A stretch of DNA of 64,000 nt from Chrysomallon squamiferum (GCA_012295275.1 CM022665.1:3844001-3908000); one strand, 5' to 3'. Shown: positions 1-13,369, numbered from the stretch's first letter. Numbers and translations: made by a program. The notes: generated by a model not told the origin, from the letters alone.

Positions 1-2
1 TT

Positions 3-113
3 GACGAAAGCGCGAAACAAGTGGCTGAAAAACTGAAGAAAACCAGCAAAGCTCCGAGTCTGAAATTCATTGTCGCGTCGAGCAAGACAGTTTTGAAACC
101 GAAATATCTGTGA
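3..113 (+). CDS. Possible 3' end of a coding exon entering from the left edge (…DESAKQVAEKLKKTSKAPSLKFIVASSKTVLKPKYL*)
   Basis: 36 open non-repetitive codons ending at TGA 111-113, GC-richer than the flank, AATAAA near 145-155. No recognisable homology; a minus frame is also open. Confidence 0.3.
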   Translation, partial: DESAKQVAEKLKKTSKAPSLKFIVASSKTVLKPKYL

Positions 114-381
114 TATTAAGGGAAGATTTGTACAGTTACTCTTGTTAATAAATAAAAAAAAAAAAACTAAACCAGTTCGCAAATTCAGCTCAGTGTATGA
201 CAGAGTGCTTGCTATGGTATGAATTCAGCTAAAATATCCTTTTAAAAAGTTGTCAACTAATTCATATAGAGGCTGAGAGAGAGAGAGAAAAAAAGAAATC
301 TTTCAGTTTAGCGATGTTACAGTTATCGGAGTGTGGTGTGTATGGTTTTTATACGTTTGCTTGACTGGTTTTTTTTTAAGA

Positions 382-408
382 ATGATCTTCCAGGATGTAA
401 GATTTGAG
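382..408 (+). CDS. Candidate first coding mini-exon of paralog A (MIFQDVRFE)
   Basis: T-tract-AAG acceptor ending at 380, ATG at 382, strong donor GAG|GTAAGT at 409 in phase 0, matching the phase-0 start of the exon at 4670. Confidence 0.3.
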
Positions 409-609
409 GTAAGTGCGCTGTGATGGATGACTTCGACTGGTACAGTGCGGAATGTCGCAGGCTGGACGTGCTGCATGTGACAACAGCCTTACTAACATGC
501 AGTAAATAACATCAAACACATGACGTTTTATGATTAACTCACGGCGACGTGTTAATCAGGTTTAATGCAGCTAATTACATAATACACATTATTTCTTTGT
601 TGTTTATCC

Positions 610-611
<2 letters not shown>

Positions 612-687
<76 letters not shown>

Positions 688-809
688 TATCCATCCTTGT
701 GTCCGTGTCACCACCCACCTTTCTCCATAGCATACATTCTTACAGATGATACAACAACAACAACAACAACAACAACAATAATAATAATATCTATCTCTCT
801 CTCTATCTC

Positions 810-900
<91 letters not shown>

Positions 901-952
901 GTCTGTCTATCTATCTGTATGTCTGTCTGATCTCTGTCTGTCTGTTTGACTG

Positions 953-991
<39 letters not shown>

Positions 992-1019
992 GTATGTCTG
1001 TCTGATGTCTGTCTGTCTA

Positions 1020-1058
<39 letters not shown>

Positions 1059-1083
1059 GTCTGTCTTTCTGTTTGTCTATCTA

Positions 1084-1114
<31 letters not shown>

Positions 1115-1235
1115 GTCTGACTGTCTATCTATATGTCTGTCTGCCTGTCTGTCTGTCTAACTGTCTATCTATCTATCTATCTATTTGAATGTCTGTATAT
1201 CTGTCTGTCTGTCTGTCAGTCTGTCTGTCTGTCAG
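612..1235. repeat. Compound microsatellite block: (CT)n, (CAA/TAA)n, (TCTA/TCTG)n
   Basis: Direct reading; explains the ORFs at 549, 697, 1133 and 1185. Confidence 0.95.
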
Positions 1236-1724
1236 TCATATGTTCCAAACTTTTGTTTATTTTTTCTTCACATTTTGTATTCGTGTTTGTCTCGTACCTC
1301 GAGGTTCTGCGCGCTGTTATTTATCTCTTCCGTGTCCTGCGTCATACTGGGATTTTTTTTGTTGATTTTTTTGTTGATTGGTTTTTTTTTTTTTTTTTTT
1401 TTTCATGACTAAATCCACTGATAATCTCTCATTCAATTTATTTGTTTACATTCATGTGTTAGAATCGCTGCTGATTGTGAAATTGTGAATTAATAAAATA
1501 ATTTCAACGATTAATATCTATTGTTTAATAACAAACTATTCTGTGATGTTTGCTTTGTTTGTTTGTTTGTTTATTTATTTATTTATTTAAACTGTTTGTT
1601 TATTTTATATATGTTTATATGAACACTTTTAGACAAATGTATCAGCAAATACTAATAACTACTTGTTCTAGTGATACGTTGTTGATGATGATCAGAACAA
1701 ACAACAACAATAACAACAACAACA

Positions 1725-1773
<49 letters not shown>

Positions 1774-2134
1774 TAATAATAAGAAGAAGAAGAAGAAGAA
1801 GAAAACAGCTACAACAATAGCCACTAACATTATAATGATGATAGTTTATAATAATAACCCAAAATCAAATTTTTTTTGTTGTTTTTTAAATGACTCTACA
1901 GACTATATTGTGCGATGTTGTTAATGGAAGAGAAATAACTCAGGAGGCCTTAAGGAAACATTGCTGTAGTAAAACGAATGACGAGCTTATTTGCTTCAAC
2001 ACTACATTTGTTGTTGCTGCTGTTGTTGTTCTGTTATTTAATATTTATTATTTTTCTGTTTATTTAATACGATGATATAAGAAAGAAGGCGGAAGAATTT
2101 ATTTTCATTAGTATTATTATTCTTATGACTACTA

Positions 2135-2183
<49 letters not shown>

Positions 2184-2186
2184 CAC

Positions 2187-2229
<43 letters not shown>

Positions 2230-3799
2230 ATCATGTATTATATTTATATATAATCAGAAGTTCATATATCGAGACATTGCACTCTCTGAGCTTACTGTAT
2301 TCAGTAACTCTCCCGTCTGTGTGATCTCCAATGATGTGTTCTGTTCACGGTGAAAGAAAGTATAACTACATCTACGTGCACGTGGGAAATAACAGCCAGT
2401 GATTAATTCTTCATACCACACAGTGCAGCAAATCAACTCTTTCCGATTCTCAAATTACTTCAGTTCTGTCTTCTTTTTCTTATTATTAAATCCGTCGACT
2501 TTCTTATTTCGCGATGTCGTCGAAGGAAACTGTTATGAATTTTTATGTTGTACGCCATGTTGAAGTCAATTTTCGTCGACAAAGACGTCGGTCAGTGAAA
2601 GGGAGTTGGTCTTTGAAAATTACATCGGTCTTTCAGATCTATTCAGTGACGTGATATGTTCAACAAAAAAATATCTTATCATGCGTTTTTATTACAAATT
2701 ACTGAATCTTTTTGCATCCGCCGCTGTTTTTTATTTCGTCTTGTTCTTTTACCTTGAGTTTCATTTTGATGTTAATAGAATTTTTAACTCGGCTTCGAAT
2801 CCTAATAAAAATAACAAAAACATTCTGTTAAGTAACATATTTTTAATGTAGTATATGTAACAGATCATTAATCTGGTTTTCAGAAAACCGGCTTTGGAAG
2901 TGTATAACTGTACACTAGGTCTTAACTTTTCATCGTTTATTTCATATTTTACGTGTATATTAAGCCTTGGTCCAGGAACCTGGAAAATGAAGAACCCGGG
3001 TCTCATTACAAATGCTGCTACTACTAGTACTACTACATTCAACCTGCTACTACGTTTGCTACAACAACCTCTGCTATTATAAACTATTGTTATCTTATTA
3101 ATTCTTCTATCATTGATATTATTATTATTATTGTTGTTATTGTTGTTATTGATGATGGTGTTGTTGTTGTTGTTGTCGTCACTGTTGTTATTATCATTAA
3201 TGAGATTGTTGTTGCTGCTGCACTGGGGTCGGTGTTAAAGTTTTTCTACTTGTAAATAATACATACGTAGAATTGTGTAGAAGTTAAATGCACTGAAACT
3301 AGTCCGGAAGACGAAATAGTTCGCAACTGTTTTGTGCGACCCGGTAATCTCCCTTACCTTCTTTTACTAAAGAGTTAATTCCGGCTTGTTCAGTGCAAAG
3401 ACATCGACACAAACATTATAAGGTCACCAACTCAACGAATGTGTCATACTGCAAAACGTCATCAAGTTCACATCAGTTTTCAATTAATAATAAAGATGAA
3501 CGCTTTTAGTCACGATATTTAAGTGAAGTACAAAGATTCGTTTGATTTCGTTTCCAGACTGACTCCATCAATATTGAACAGTGTTTTCTTCCGTTCAAGT
3601 GCGAGTTAGAGAGAAACAGAATGTTTCTAAATTTATCGGCGAATAAATAAAAACAGGTTTTAAATATTAAATTTTGAAGATCACATCAGAATATATTTTA
3701 CCAGTACCATTATCGTAGATCTTAAAGCTGGAATTAAAATGCTCTAGTGTTTAGTTAATCTTTTAACTTCTTTTATTTTATATATACATATATATATAG

Positions 3800-4043
3800 T
3801 ATTGTTTGCATACATTGTAAGATTCAACAATGAATATCGAATGTAAGAAATTTACAGACACCAAACTATCTCGTAACAGTGATAAATATACACTAAAAAT
3901 ATGAGTTGTTATAGCAGTAGAGGAAATGTTGACATCTATTTTTCTCATTCTAGTTTATCACTGTTACTAGACTATTTGATGTCTTCAAACTTCTTACATT
4001 CGATATTCAATGCTGAATTCTGTTATGATGTGTGCAAACAATA
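3800..4043. mobile_element. MITE-like foldback element with ~87-90 bp terminal inverted repeats
   Basis: 3800-3886 (tattgtttgcatacat…gaatatcgaatgtaagaa…gtaacagtgataaa) is a near reverse complement of 3954-4043, with a ~67 bp spacer; it starts and ends with TA. Confidence 0.7.
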
Positions 4044-4669
4044 GCAGAACGTCAGGCAAAATGAAACCGTTGTCTTGATGGCTACAACACTAATCACAAA
4101 GTTTATGATTATACCGACATATTATTATCTTTTTTAATAATTGTATTTAAAATGTTTGAAAATGTATTATATACTTTAATAATCGTAATACTAATAAAAT
4201 TATTACTTGCTTATTTTTTGGTTGTTCTGGAATTAATACTGATACTATTATTAATTCTTTTTTCATTTATTTCTGGGGTTTTTTATTTTTGTTTTTCAGG
4301 TTCATCAGGTAATATAATTTATAGAAAAGAAACAGTTACTTAATTGCTCATGACTGAAAAATTATGTTAGGATGAATGTTTTCGTTAGCACAGTTGCAAA
4401 TATTTCAATTGAGACAGCTAAACATTCAATAAAACTGTTATTTAATGTCGTAAAATTGATATATGTCACTGAAAATTCTTATATATCGCCATTTTAACGA
4501 TAATTAGTAATATTTTCTTTTGATTATTGTGTTTGAATGTTTACCGTTATTTGATTGATAAATAAACAACAGATGTACGTGATCTAATTGATAAATAAAC
4601 AACAGAGATACGTGGGTTTTTTTCATTAATTAACATTGCACATATATTTTTTTTTGTATAATAATTCAG

Positions 4670-4799
4670 ATCGACTTAAAAAGAAATTTCTCAACTATAA
4701 AACACCATTTTTCAAGGAATATATGTTACATTGCATTATATCATTTGATACTCATTATTATCACTTATCTGTACAATGTAGGTCACAGACGGATCAAAG
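4670..4799 (+). pseudogene. Paralog A, signal/hydrophobic exon (IDLKRNF…NICYIALYHLILIIITYLYNVGHRRIKG)
   Basis: TTCAG acceptor, open frame, hydrophobic core, phase-1 donor AAG|GTGACT matching the next exon. Confidence 0.55.
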
Positions 4800-5319
4800 G
4801 TGACTATTAAATATTATTTTATCTACACCACATTACTTGACAAGTTGTTTTTGATTTATCACAGCATTAAAACGAATTCAAGTTTATCTTCATTAGTTAT
4901 TAGACGTCAGATATTTGTTATTTCTCAGCTGGAATCTTCAGAGAAAACCTTCTACACACATCTAGATAAGTAAATACTAGATAGTACAGCAAGTTTCATG
5001 TTTGTTTTTTAACAGTAGTTTACACATCGTGGAATACACTGAAGATGTAAATGATGGGTTTTAAATATTAATAGAATTTTTCATTACAGCCTGTGAGTAC
5101 TTCAACTTATTGTAAAATAGATAATTAATAATATAGTTTACTGAATATGTAGAATTAATAAGTAACTGTATTTTGGACATCACAGTCGTTATCATAATTG
5201 TTAATATTAAAGATAGTATTGTTATTACTATTACTGTTGTTGTTGTTTTTTTGCTGCTGTTTGAGTTTCTTTTCTCTTTCATATTATTATCATCATCATC
5301 ATCATAATTATTATTATTA

Positions 5320-5358
<39 letters not shown>

Positions 5359-5732
5359 GACTGTTATTATTATCATCATTACCATTATTTCTATTATTAT
5401 TATTGCTGTTGTTGTTGTTATTATCATTGTTGTAATGTTGATGGTGATGGTTTTTGTAATGATAGTGTTGTTATTACTATTACTGTTGTTTTGTTGTGTT
5501 TGCTGCTGATTGAGTTTCTTTTCTCTTTCATATTGTCATCATCATCAATATCATCATCATCATCATCATCATTATTTTTAATATTATTATTAGTGTTTTT
5601 ATTATTGGCATTGTTGTTGTTATTGGCATTGTTGTTGTGTTGATGGTGGTGGTTTTGGTATTGATGATACTGAAGGTATTTTCGATAATTAAGCTAATTT
5701 AAAATAAATTTTACTAGTATTTATATTTTCAG

Positions 5733-6156
5733 GGACGCTTCACGTTCAAACTCAGTTATACAACATAAGTGACTGTGATGGAAAGAAAATCTTCTTCATT
5801 CCCGATGACAAACAGTGTATCCTGAACAAACGACTTCTACCTAGAAAAATGATGTTTGGTTTTAATATAAAAACTAATTGTACATTTCATTACATAGACT
5901 GGAAATTAACTCAGAACGTCATTCTGTATGTTGTCAGCCTGATATAAACAACTGTAACAAAACTTTTAACTTACCTACAGACAACACACAACTACTAAGT
6001 ACGTACGGACACTTTCTAACAACATGTGCCAGTGATTACTTGGCCACTGTTTTATGTCAGAATTAAAAATTCCTAGTGACTTTGTACCTGTGTGTAATCA
6101 GACATCACACTCATATTATTTCACTTACCTCATGTTTACCTTCGAATGTGTTAACG
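5733..6156 (+). pseudogene. Paralog A, Cys-rich SUEL-lectin-like exon with two -1 frameshifts
   Basis: TTTTCAG acceptor, AACG|GTAAGC donor. 424 nt, 2 short of a multiple of 3. Three successive frames give …MMFGFNIKTNC…/…SVCCQPDINNC…TTCASDY/LGHCF…PVCNQTSHSYYFTYLMFTFECVN, whose Cys pattern parallels the B exons. Confidence 0.75.
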
Positions 6157-6623
6157 GTAAGCATTAAATCTTCTAAACAAGGATTAAATATAGCAATATT
6201 TTAAAAAATAGTAATAAGTTACAAACTTTAATGTTTTAACATTTAAAATATAAATGTTTTCTGTAATTACTTTTTTGTTTTTTTTTTTTTTTTTTAACTT
6301 CTTTTTCCTTCTCCATCTTCTTTTTGCTATTTTTATTATTAATTTGAAATAATATCTAAATTTAAAGTTTATGTTTTGTCCAAAAAGGATGCTTACAAAT
6401 ACATTTTTGATAAACACAAATAGAATAACTGGTTGTTAACTTACTGTGTTGATTCTCATTTATACACTGATCATTTTCAGTTTCTCATCAAAATATAACA
6501 TTAGTTATTCGTTGTGTGTAGAATAGAAATGTAACGGAAACTGTTAGTAACTGTTGACATTCAGAAGTAATGGGGGTATTGTTAATATTGATTTATATAG
6601 CATAGTTGTGCTTTATTTATTTA

Positions 6624-6656
<33 letters not shown>

Positions 6657-6695
6657 TTTTTTATTATTATTATTATTATTTTTTTTTTTTTTCAG

Positions 6696-7034
6696 TGAGC
6701 AATATAATGAACTTCACAGAAAACAAAACACTTTCTTCAAGAAATCCACATCTGTTACTCCATGGAGTTATCGGTCGTGTCAGTTCACACTGTGTAGTTT
6801 ACACAACAGACTGCACGTCCACTCTTCTTGTGTCTGTAGCCGACGTCATCCTCAACAACGGCAGCAGCTGCTCTCTGAACATTTCTGATGGAGTAAAGAC
6901 TTTCACAACAAACTCTTGTGTTGATTATCGCATGTTCTCTCAGCCAATATTTTCCAGTGCACGTAATTACGTTCACATTACTCTGACAGCCAATCTGAGA
7001 TCAGAAACAGAAAAACTTTGGCTAGAAATGAGAG
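6696..7034 (+). pseudogene. Paralog A, CUB-like exon (VSNIMNF…SHCVVYTTDC…EKLWLEMR)
   Basis: Poly-T-CAG acceptor, G|GTACGT donor, 339 nt phase 1-1 and open. Same position and terminal LWL motif as the B CUB-like exons. Confidence 0.75.
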
Positions 7035-7372
7035 GTACGTGAAAACACTGAACTGAAATAACGCTTCCTTTCTTTCTCTCTCTCTTTTTTCTTCTTCAGC
7101 TAAAACGTACATTATCTATAATCAGTATTCTCTTTGTATTATTAGCTAATTTCCCGTTCCAGCCAGTACTAGGTAAGTTATAATTACAGCCAATCTGAGA
7201 TCAGAAAAAGAAAAACTTTGGCTAGAAATAAGAGGTACGTTAAAACACTAAACTCAGATGTTACCTTCCTCTATTTTTATTTTTATTTATTATTTTGTTT
7301 TCTTAAACTAACACTTATACTATCTATAATCAGTATTGTCTGTGTATCATTAGCTAATTTCCCGTTCCAGCC
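6986..7372 (+). repeat. ~200-bp tandem duplication of the exon 3' end, donor and intron start
   Basis: acagccaatctgagatcagaaa…ctttggctagaaat…agaggtacgt at 6986 and 7186; both copies end in tagctaatttcccgttccagcc. Confidence 0.9.
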
Positions 7373-7739
7373 CGAACTCGATAAGACGGAAATAAATGAA
7401 CCAGCAGAAGAACATGCGAACCTGTGTAATTATAACAATAAATAAACTTTTATCTCCCAAAGGAAAGAACGGTTTTAAATATTTAATGAAAGATTAATCG
7501 CATTAGAGAACTAAATCTATTAATAATGTAACTAGATTCATTATCCTAATCTGAATGAAAACAGAGACTGATAATCCCTTATCTGAAATTACAAAATCCC
7601 AAACTGAGCTGCCGAGATAATGGTATGTTATAATTTTCAAATGGCTTATTATCCACAGACTTTGTAATATTCACAAAATTACTGTAAAAAATCTGTTATA
7701 AAAAGAAATCTCTATAAGCTATAAATGAAGTTGAATATC

Positions 7740-8165
7740 AGTTATTATTACTATTATTATCATTATTACTATTATTATTATTATCAAAGTTATCATCATC
7801 ATTATCATCATTATGACTGTTATTGTCATTATATTATCATTATCATTATTGTCAATATTATTACTAATATTACTACTACTACTACTACTACTACTGTTAT
7901 TGCTATTATTATTATTACTACTACTACTACTACTACTACTACTCCTACTACTGTTATTGCTATTATTATTATTACTACTACCACTACTACTGTTATTGTT
8001 TTTGTTATTATTATTATTATTAATATTATTGTTATGATTATTATTGTCATCAAAGCTATCATCAATCAACATCATATTATCATAATTATTATTGTTATTG
8101 TCATTATATTAATTATCATTATAATCATGATCGTTATCATCATCATTATCATTATCATCATAGAT
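7740..8165. repeat. (TAT/TAC/CAT)n trinucleotide low-complexity tract
   Basis: Direct reading; source of the poly-I/L/T/N ORFs. Confidence 0.95.
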
Positions 8166-8497
8166 TTGTTTTTGATTTTTTTTTTTTTTTTTTTTTTTAA
8201 TTTATTTCCAGATTTTTGTATAGAAATGATTCTATATGCTCTCCTGATTACGGGAAGGTGCATAAAATGATCACTTGTTGCTGACTGATAAAAGGGTTGT
8301 AAAGGTTTCCTCACTCGTATCGTGAATACACAACAAACAACACACCGATATCTAATAACATGTTTACATTAAGCCACTTTGCATCGTTGTTTCTCAATTG
8401 TTGGCCTTGGATACGTTTAACAAGACTACTTAGGTAATAAAAGAGGAGATGAAATATAATTATAACACCACCAAAACTAAAACAGATTTCTTTTCAG

Positions 8498-8695
8498 ATA
8501 ACAAACAAAGCTTGGTTACAGTGGATTGTGGGAAGGATGTCAATATTCCTGACTGTCCGACAGCAACACCGGTGACTTTAACGTCAGTGACTTCAACGTC
8601 ATTGTCGAGAACAGCAACTTCAGTGTCCAGGACTTCAACATCAGCGACTTCAACGTCATTCTCGAGAACAGTTCCCATACGTCCAGTAACGGAAG
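8498..8695 (+). pseudogene. Paralog A, domain end plus Ser/Thr-rich stalk exon (DNKQSLVTVDCGKD…TSVTSTSLSRT…PVTE)
   Basis: TTTTCAG acceptor, G|GTTTAT donor, 198 nt phase 1-1 and open. VTVDC parallels MSITC in the B copies. Confidence 0.75.
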
Positions 8696-9055
8696 GTTTA
8701 TATTTTAATTAACAGTTCCACAAATGCTTCGTTACAGTGTAGATTTGGTAATCCAAAATATATAAAATTTTGATAAAAAAATAAAAATTTGAACATATGT
8801 GTGTCGGACTCTGAATATATGTGTCTCTGTGTATATATATTTAGATAGATAGCTAGATATATACTACCATCTATCTATCTATCTATAGATAGATATATAG
8901 ATAGATAGATGGTATCTATCTATCTATCTATAGATATATAGATAGATAGATGGTAGTAGCAGTAGTATAGCAGCAGCAACAGCAGTAAAGCTGCTATAAA
9001 GATAATATCTTACTAATAAACGAAAACCTCAAGAATATATTGACAATTAGTTTAA

Positions 9056-9138
<83 letters not shown>

Positions 9139-9251
9139 AATTTGATATCTAAGATTGTTATCAATACGTTTTTGTAGCTATACGATGTTTATGATACATA
9201 TATATATATATTAAATTTTATTTCTTTATTTTGTATTAATTCTTTCTACAG

Positions 9252-9323
9252 GTGGGAAAACCACAGAATCAGATACAAACTTAAATAAACAACCGTTTTC
9301 TAAGATGAGCAAAGCAGCGCTGA
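9252..9323 (+). pseudogene. Paralog A, short stalk exon (GGKTTESDTNLNKQPFSKMSKAAL)
   Basis: TTTCTACAG acceptor, A|GTAAGT donor, 72 nt phase 1-1. Confidence 0.65.
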
Positions 9324-9820
9324 GTAAGTAGACACAAAAATAACACAAAAATCACGTTTTCACGTATGAGGGTGAGGAATGAATGGTCGCGTGATCAATC
9401 CTTCTCAATCCTCGCGTTCCAGCCAGTTCTCAACGATTAATTTATCAAAGACTAAACGTTTTTCACCGTCTTCGCTAAACTGCATAATTATATAACCTTC
9501 ATCCTGTATGTTACGTATCATACATCAGCACTGCACAGATACAGTTATATGACCAGTAATAACATAGGTCTAAAGGGTCTCTTTGGTTAAAGAGAAGATG
9601 GTTTGCCCACAAAGTTAAAAACTCTAATTTCTTCCCCGCTCTTTTGCTCGGATTTGGGACGTCAGTTGCCCATCTTTGTACATGCAAAATTTGATAAAGA
9701 AAGTTAATACATATTTTTTTATGTACGTTGCTGACGTACACCCAGTGAGTAAAATAATGAATATCTGTGTAACAGCATTTTAAAGCTTTTTTGTTAATTT
9801 AACAATTGTTTCCCCTCACG

Positions 9821-9982
9821 TACCTGCCAAGTTACATCAAAGCCGCCATTCCAGTGATGTAACAATTAGGAGCATGTTTCAATCCTCGCTGCATGAATCT
9901 GATAAAACAGCAAACAGACAAATGTACACACAGACAGGAACAGACCAAACTGTTATCATTCCTCATCATTCATCTGCAGCCG
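9821..9982 (+). pseudogene. Paralog A, putative stalk exon with both splice sites degraded
   Basis: 162-nt open phase 1-1 segment (IPAKLHQS…PHHSSAA) after a pyrimidine tract ending in CG rather than AG, and followed by GC rather than GT. Confidence 0.3.
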
Positions 9983-10187
9983 GCATTTTCTTTCTTTCTT
10001 TGTGTTTTCTTTCTTTTTTTTTTCTTTTCTTTTCTTTCTTTTTTCTTTCTTTTTCTTTTCTTTCTTTTTTCTTTCTTTTCTTTCTCTTTTTTTTTTATTA
10101 TTTTTTTTATTTCATTCTAATTTTTATTTATCCTTAACAATTTAAATAAACATAATATATATTTTTTTAAATTTGCTCTAATTCCAG

Positions 10188-10293
10188 TGATTTCCAGTGA
10201 GTCTTACTTTATATGTGTCCTATAATCACCTTTATCTATTGTACTCGGGGTAAAAGGACTTATTTCCTTTTACTTAAATCATCCTTATGCAAG
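10188..10293 (+). pseudogene. Paralog A, decayed transmembrane exon with in-frame TAA (VISSESYFICVL*SPLSIVLGVKGLISFYLNHPYAR)
   Basis: TTCCAG acceptor, AG|GTGAAG donor, phase 1 to 2 like the intact TM exon at 18722; stop at 10223-10225. Confidence 0.45.
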
Positions 10294-10534
10294 GTGAAGC
10301 ATCTAGAATGAACAATATGTTATGGGGAATGAATATTATATACAGATATATGTGTGTCAGTGGTAAAATTTTTTTATTTATTTGTCTAAAACACACGACT
10401 GCACATGAAGTAAAACACTCAAAGGTAATTGTGTAACGTATTCGTGAAATACTTCGTAATGACAGAGAAATGTTGAAACCTCTCTCTGTCTCGCTCTGTC
10501 TCTCTATCTCTGTCTCTCTCTCTCTCGGTCTGTT

Positions 10535-10626
<92 letters not shown>

Positions 10627-10671
10627 TCTCCCTCGCTGTATATTTATCTATCTTTAATCCTTTCTTATTTA

Positions 10672-11383
<712 letters not shown>

Positions 11384-11780
11384 GTCTGTTTGGGTCTGTC
11401 TCTTTGTTTCTCTCTGTCCATTCCCTCTCTCTGGTGTGAGGTTTTTTTTTTGTGTTTTTTTCTTAAAATTTAATTACAATAAAAAATACTTGAACTTTTT
11501 GCTAATGTACTGGGTGTCATGATTTTATTATTTTTGTCATGATGCTCACACGATTTAAAAGACCCAACAAGGAAGTTAAAAGACCCAGCTACACATGTCT
11601 ACAAGATAAGTCTGTCAGTGGTTTACTATTGACTAAAATCAAAGGTCATAATGATAAGATAAACTGAAATGTTACTAACGTGTGTTTTCTCCACTTACAT
11701 AAAGAGCGAAGCTTTGTGAAGTACATTAAATTTGTTGTTTCTTTCACGATATTTATTTTATATTAGTAAGTTTCACAAAC

Positions 11781-11832
11781 ATGACATTTTATCTTGTGGT
11801 ATTTCTTGCCATGTTTATTGGCTTCTCGTCTG
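11781..11832 (+). CDS. B1 exon 1, signal peptide (MTFYLVVFLAMFIGFSS)
   Basis: AAAC-ATG context, typical hydrophobic leader, consensus donor G|GTAAGT, phase 1. Confidence 0.85.
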
Positions 11833-11874
11833 GTAAGTTCAGTTTGTTTATTTAATTATTTAACCATTTGTTTA

Positions 11875-11935
11875 GTATGTATGTATGTATGTATATGTGT
11901 GTATGTATGTATATATGTATGTATGTATGTATGTA

Positions 11936-11972
<37 letters not shown>

Positions 11973-12065
11973 GTGTATGTATGTATGTATGTATGTATGA
12001 ATTTGTGTGTGTATGTACGTATATTTGTATGTGTCCATGTGTGTATATATGTATGTATGTGTGTA
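11875..12065. repeat. (TATG/TG)n microsatellite in B1 intron 1
   Basis: Direct reading. Confidence 0.95.
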
Positions 12066-12324
12066 CGTTTGTATTTATCAATGTGTGTGTGAGCGCGGAA
12101 TACATTTGTAGAGACAAATACAGTTGTTTGATTTAAACAGAATCTCCGTTTTCCTGTTTTAATGTTTGTGTGTATTAAGTATGTACGTATATCGGCACGT
12201 GTTTGTGTATGTTTGTGTATGCATATCCCTGAACCATGTTAGCATCGTGCTTTTCTCGGAATGATAAAATAATTAATAGTCTTTTTGTTACATGTTTTTA
12301 TTTTTTTTTTTTTTTTTCACTAAG

Positions 12325-12741
12325 GAGTCAACATAGTGATGAAAAATGGTTCTTTGTACCATGTTTACAGCCAGACCCTCTGCTATAGCGTGGACTACAC
12401 GTTTGATTGTCAGAACGGAAACATTGTACCCGTTAAAAACACATTTGGTCTGAAGCCACCCGAAATACAAAAACGTTACCACTGCACAAATGGTCAACAT
12501 TTACCATACCCTAAAGAATGTTGTCAGAAAAATACTTCATCTGATTGTTTATTCGACAGCAGCAAGGATTTAATTCACGTTGTGAAAACGTGTGGGTATC
12601 ATTCTTCTTGTACTGGTCAAAAAGCAGGGTGGACATTTATAAAGAGGGACTCACCAGTAAACTGCAGATACCAGTCATCAATGAAAGACCGTGGAACGCT
12701 TTACACACAGTATGTGGAAACAGAATACATCTGTAGAGATA
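12325..12741 (+). CDS. B1 exon 2, 10-Cys SUEL/rhamnose-binding-lectin-like domain
   Basis: Poly-T…TAAG acceptor, A|GTAAGT donor, 417 nt open. The pattern C..C…NTFGL…C…CC…C…VVKTC…C…NC…QYVETEYIC resembles the SUEL scaffold (ANYGR…V…C.G…C…DPC…KYL.V.Y.C). Family assigned by eye. Confidence 0.85.
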
Positions 12742-13000
12742 GTAAGTTTGATCTCCATCTTGTTATTTTAACATTTTACTTTATTATTAACAAAGGTTTC
12801 TTGTTATAATCAGTTAAACATATACATACACTGACACATACGCAGGCACAAACACACAACACACTGACCTGTTTGTAATTGCCTAAAAAATTACATTACT
12901 AAAACAGATGTGACGTATTTGCTCTTACCTAGAAAACTGCACTTTAACTGATAATTTCTTACTTTATAAAAATAAATGTTTTTTTGTTTGTTTTTTTAAG

Positions 13001-13369
13001 CCTCGGATGACGTAACCCTGTGTTCAAGCCAAGAAACAAAGCATTCTGGGAAAGGAATATTTCTGACATCTGAATCGTATCCAAACTTTGCACGTAAACA
13101 AACTGGATTTCACTGCAACTGTACCATCACCGCTGATAATCAGCACGACGTCAGCGCGTATATAGTAGACTTGCGAATGTGTAACGAGAAGACAACACGG
13201 TGTGGACAACGTCTGAATCTGTATGGAACACCAGATAAAGAAATTGTCACAACAGATCTGGATACTGATGTAGGATTTAAGATGGTTTCGAATTCAGTCC
13301 ACAAATTACAGTTCACTCAAACGGATGGGAAAATTTCATTTCATCTCTGGCTTTATTTCTACGCCGATG
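13001..13369 (+). CDS. B1 exon 3, CUB-like domain
   Basis: TTTTTAAG acceptor, G|GTAAGA donor, 369 nt open. GIFLTSESYPN…CNCTI resembles the CUB signature G.l.SPnYP…C.w.I. Confidence 0.85.
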
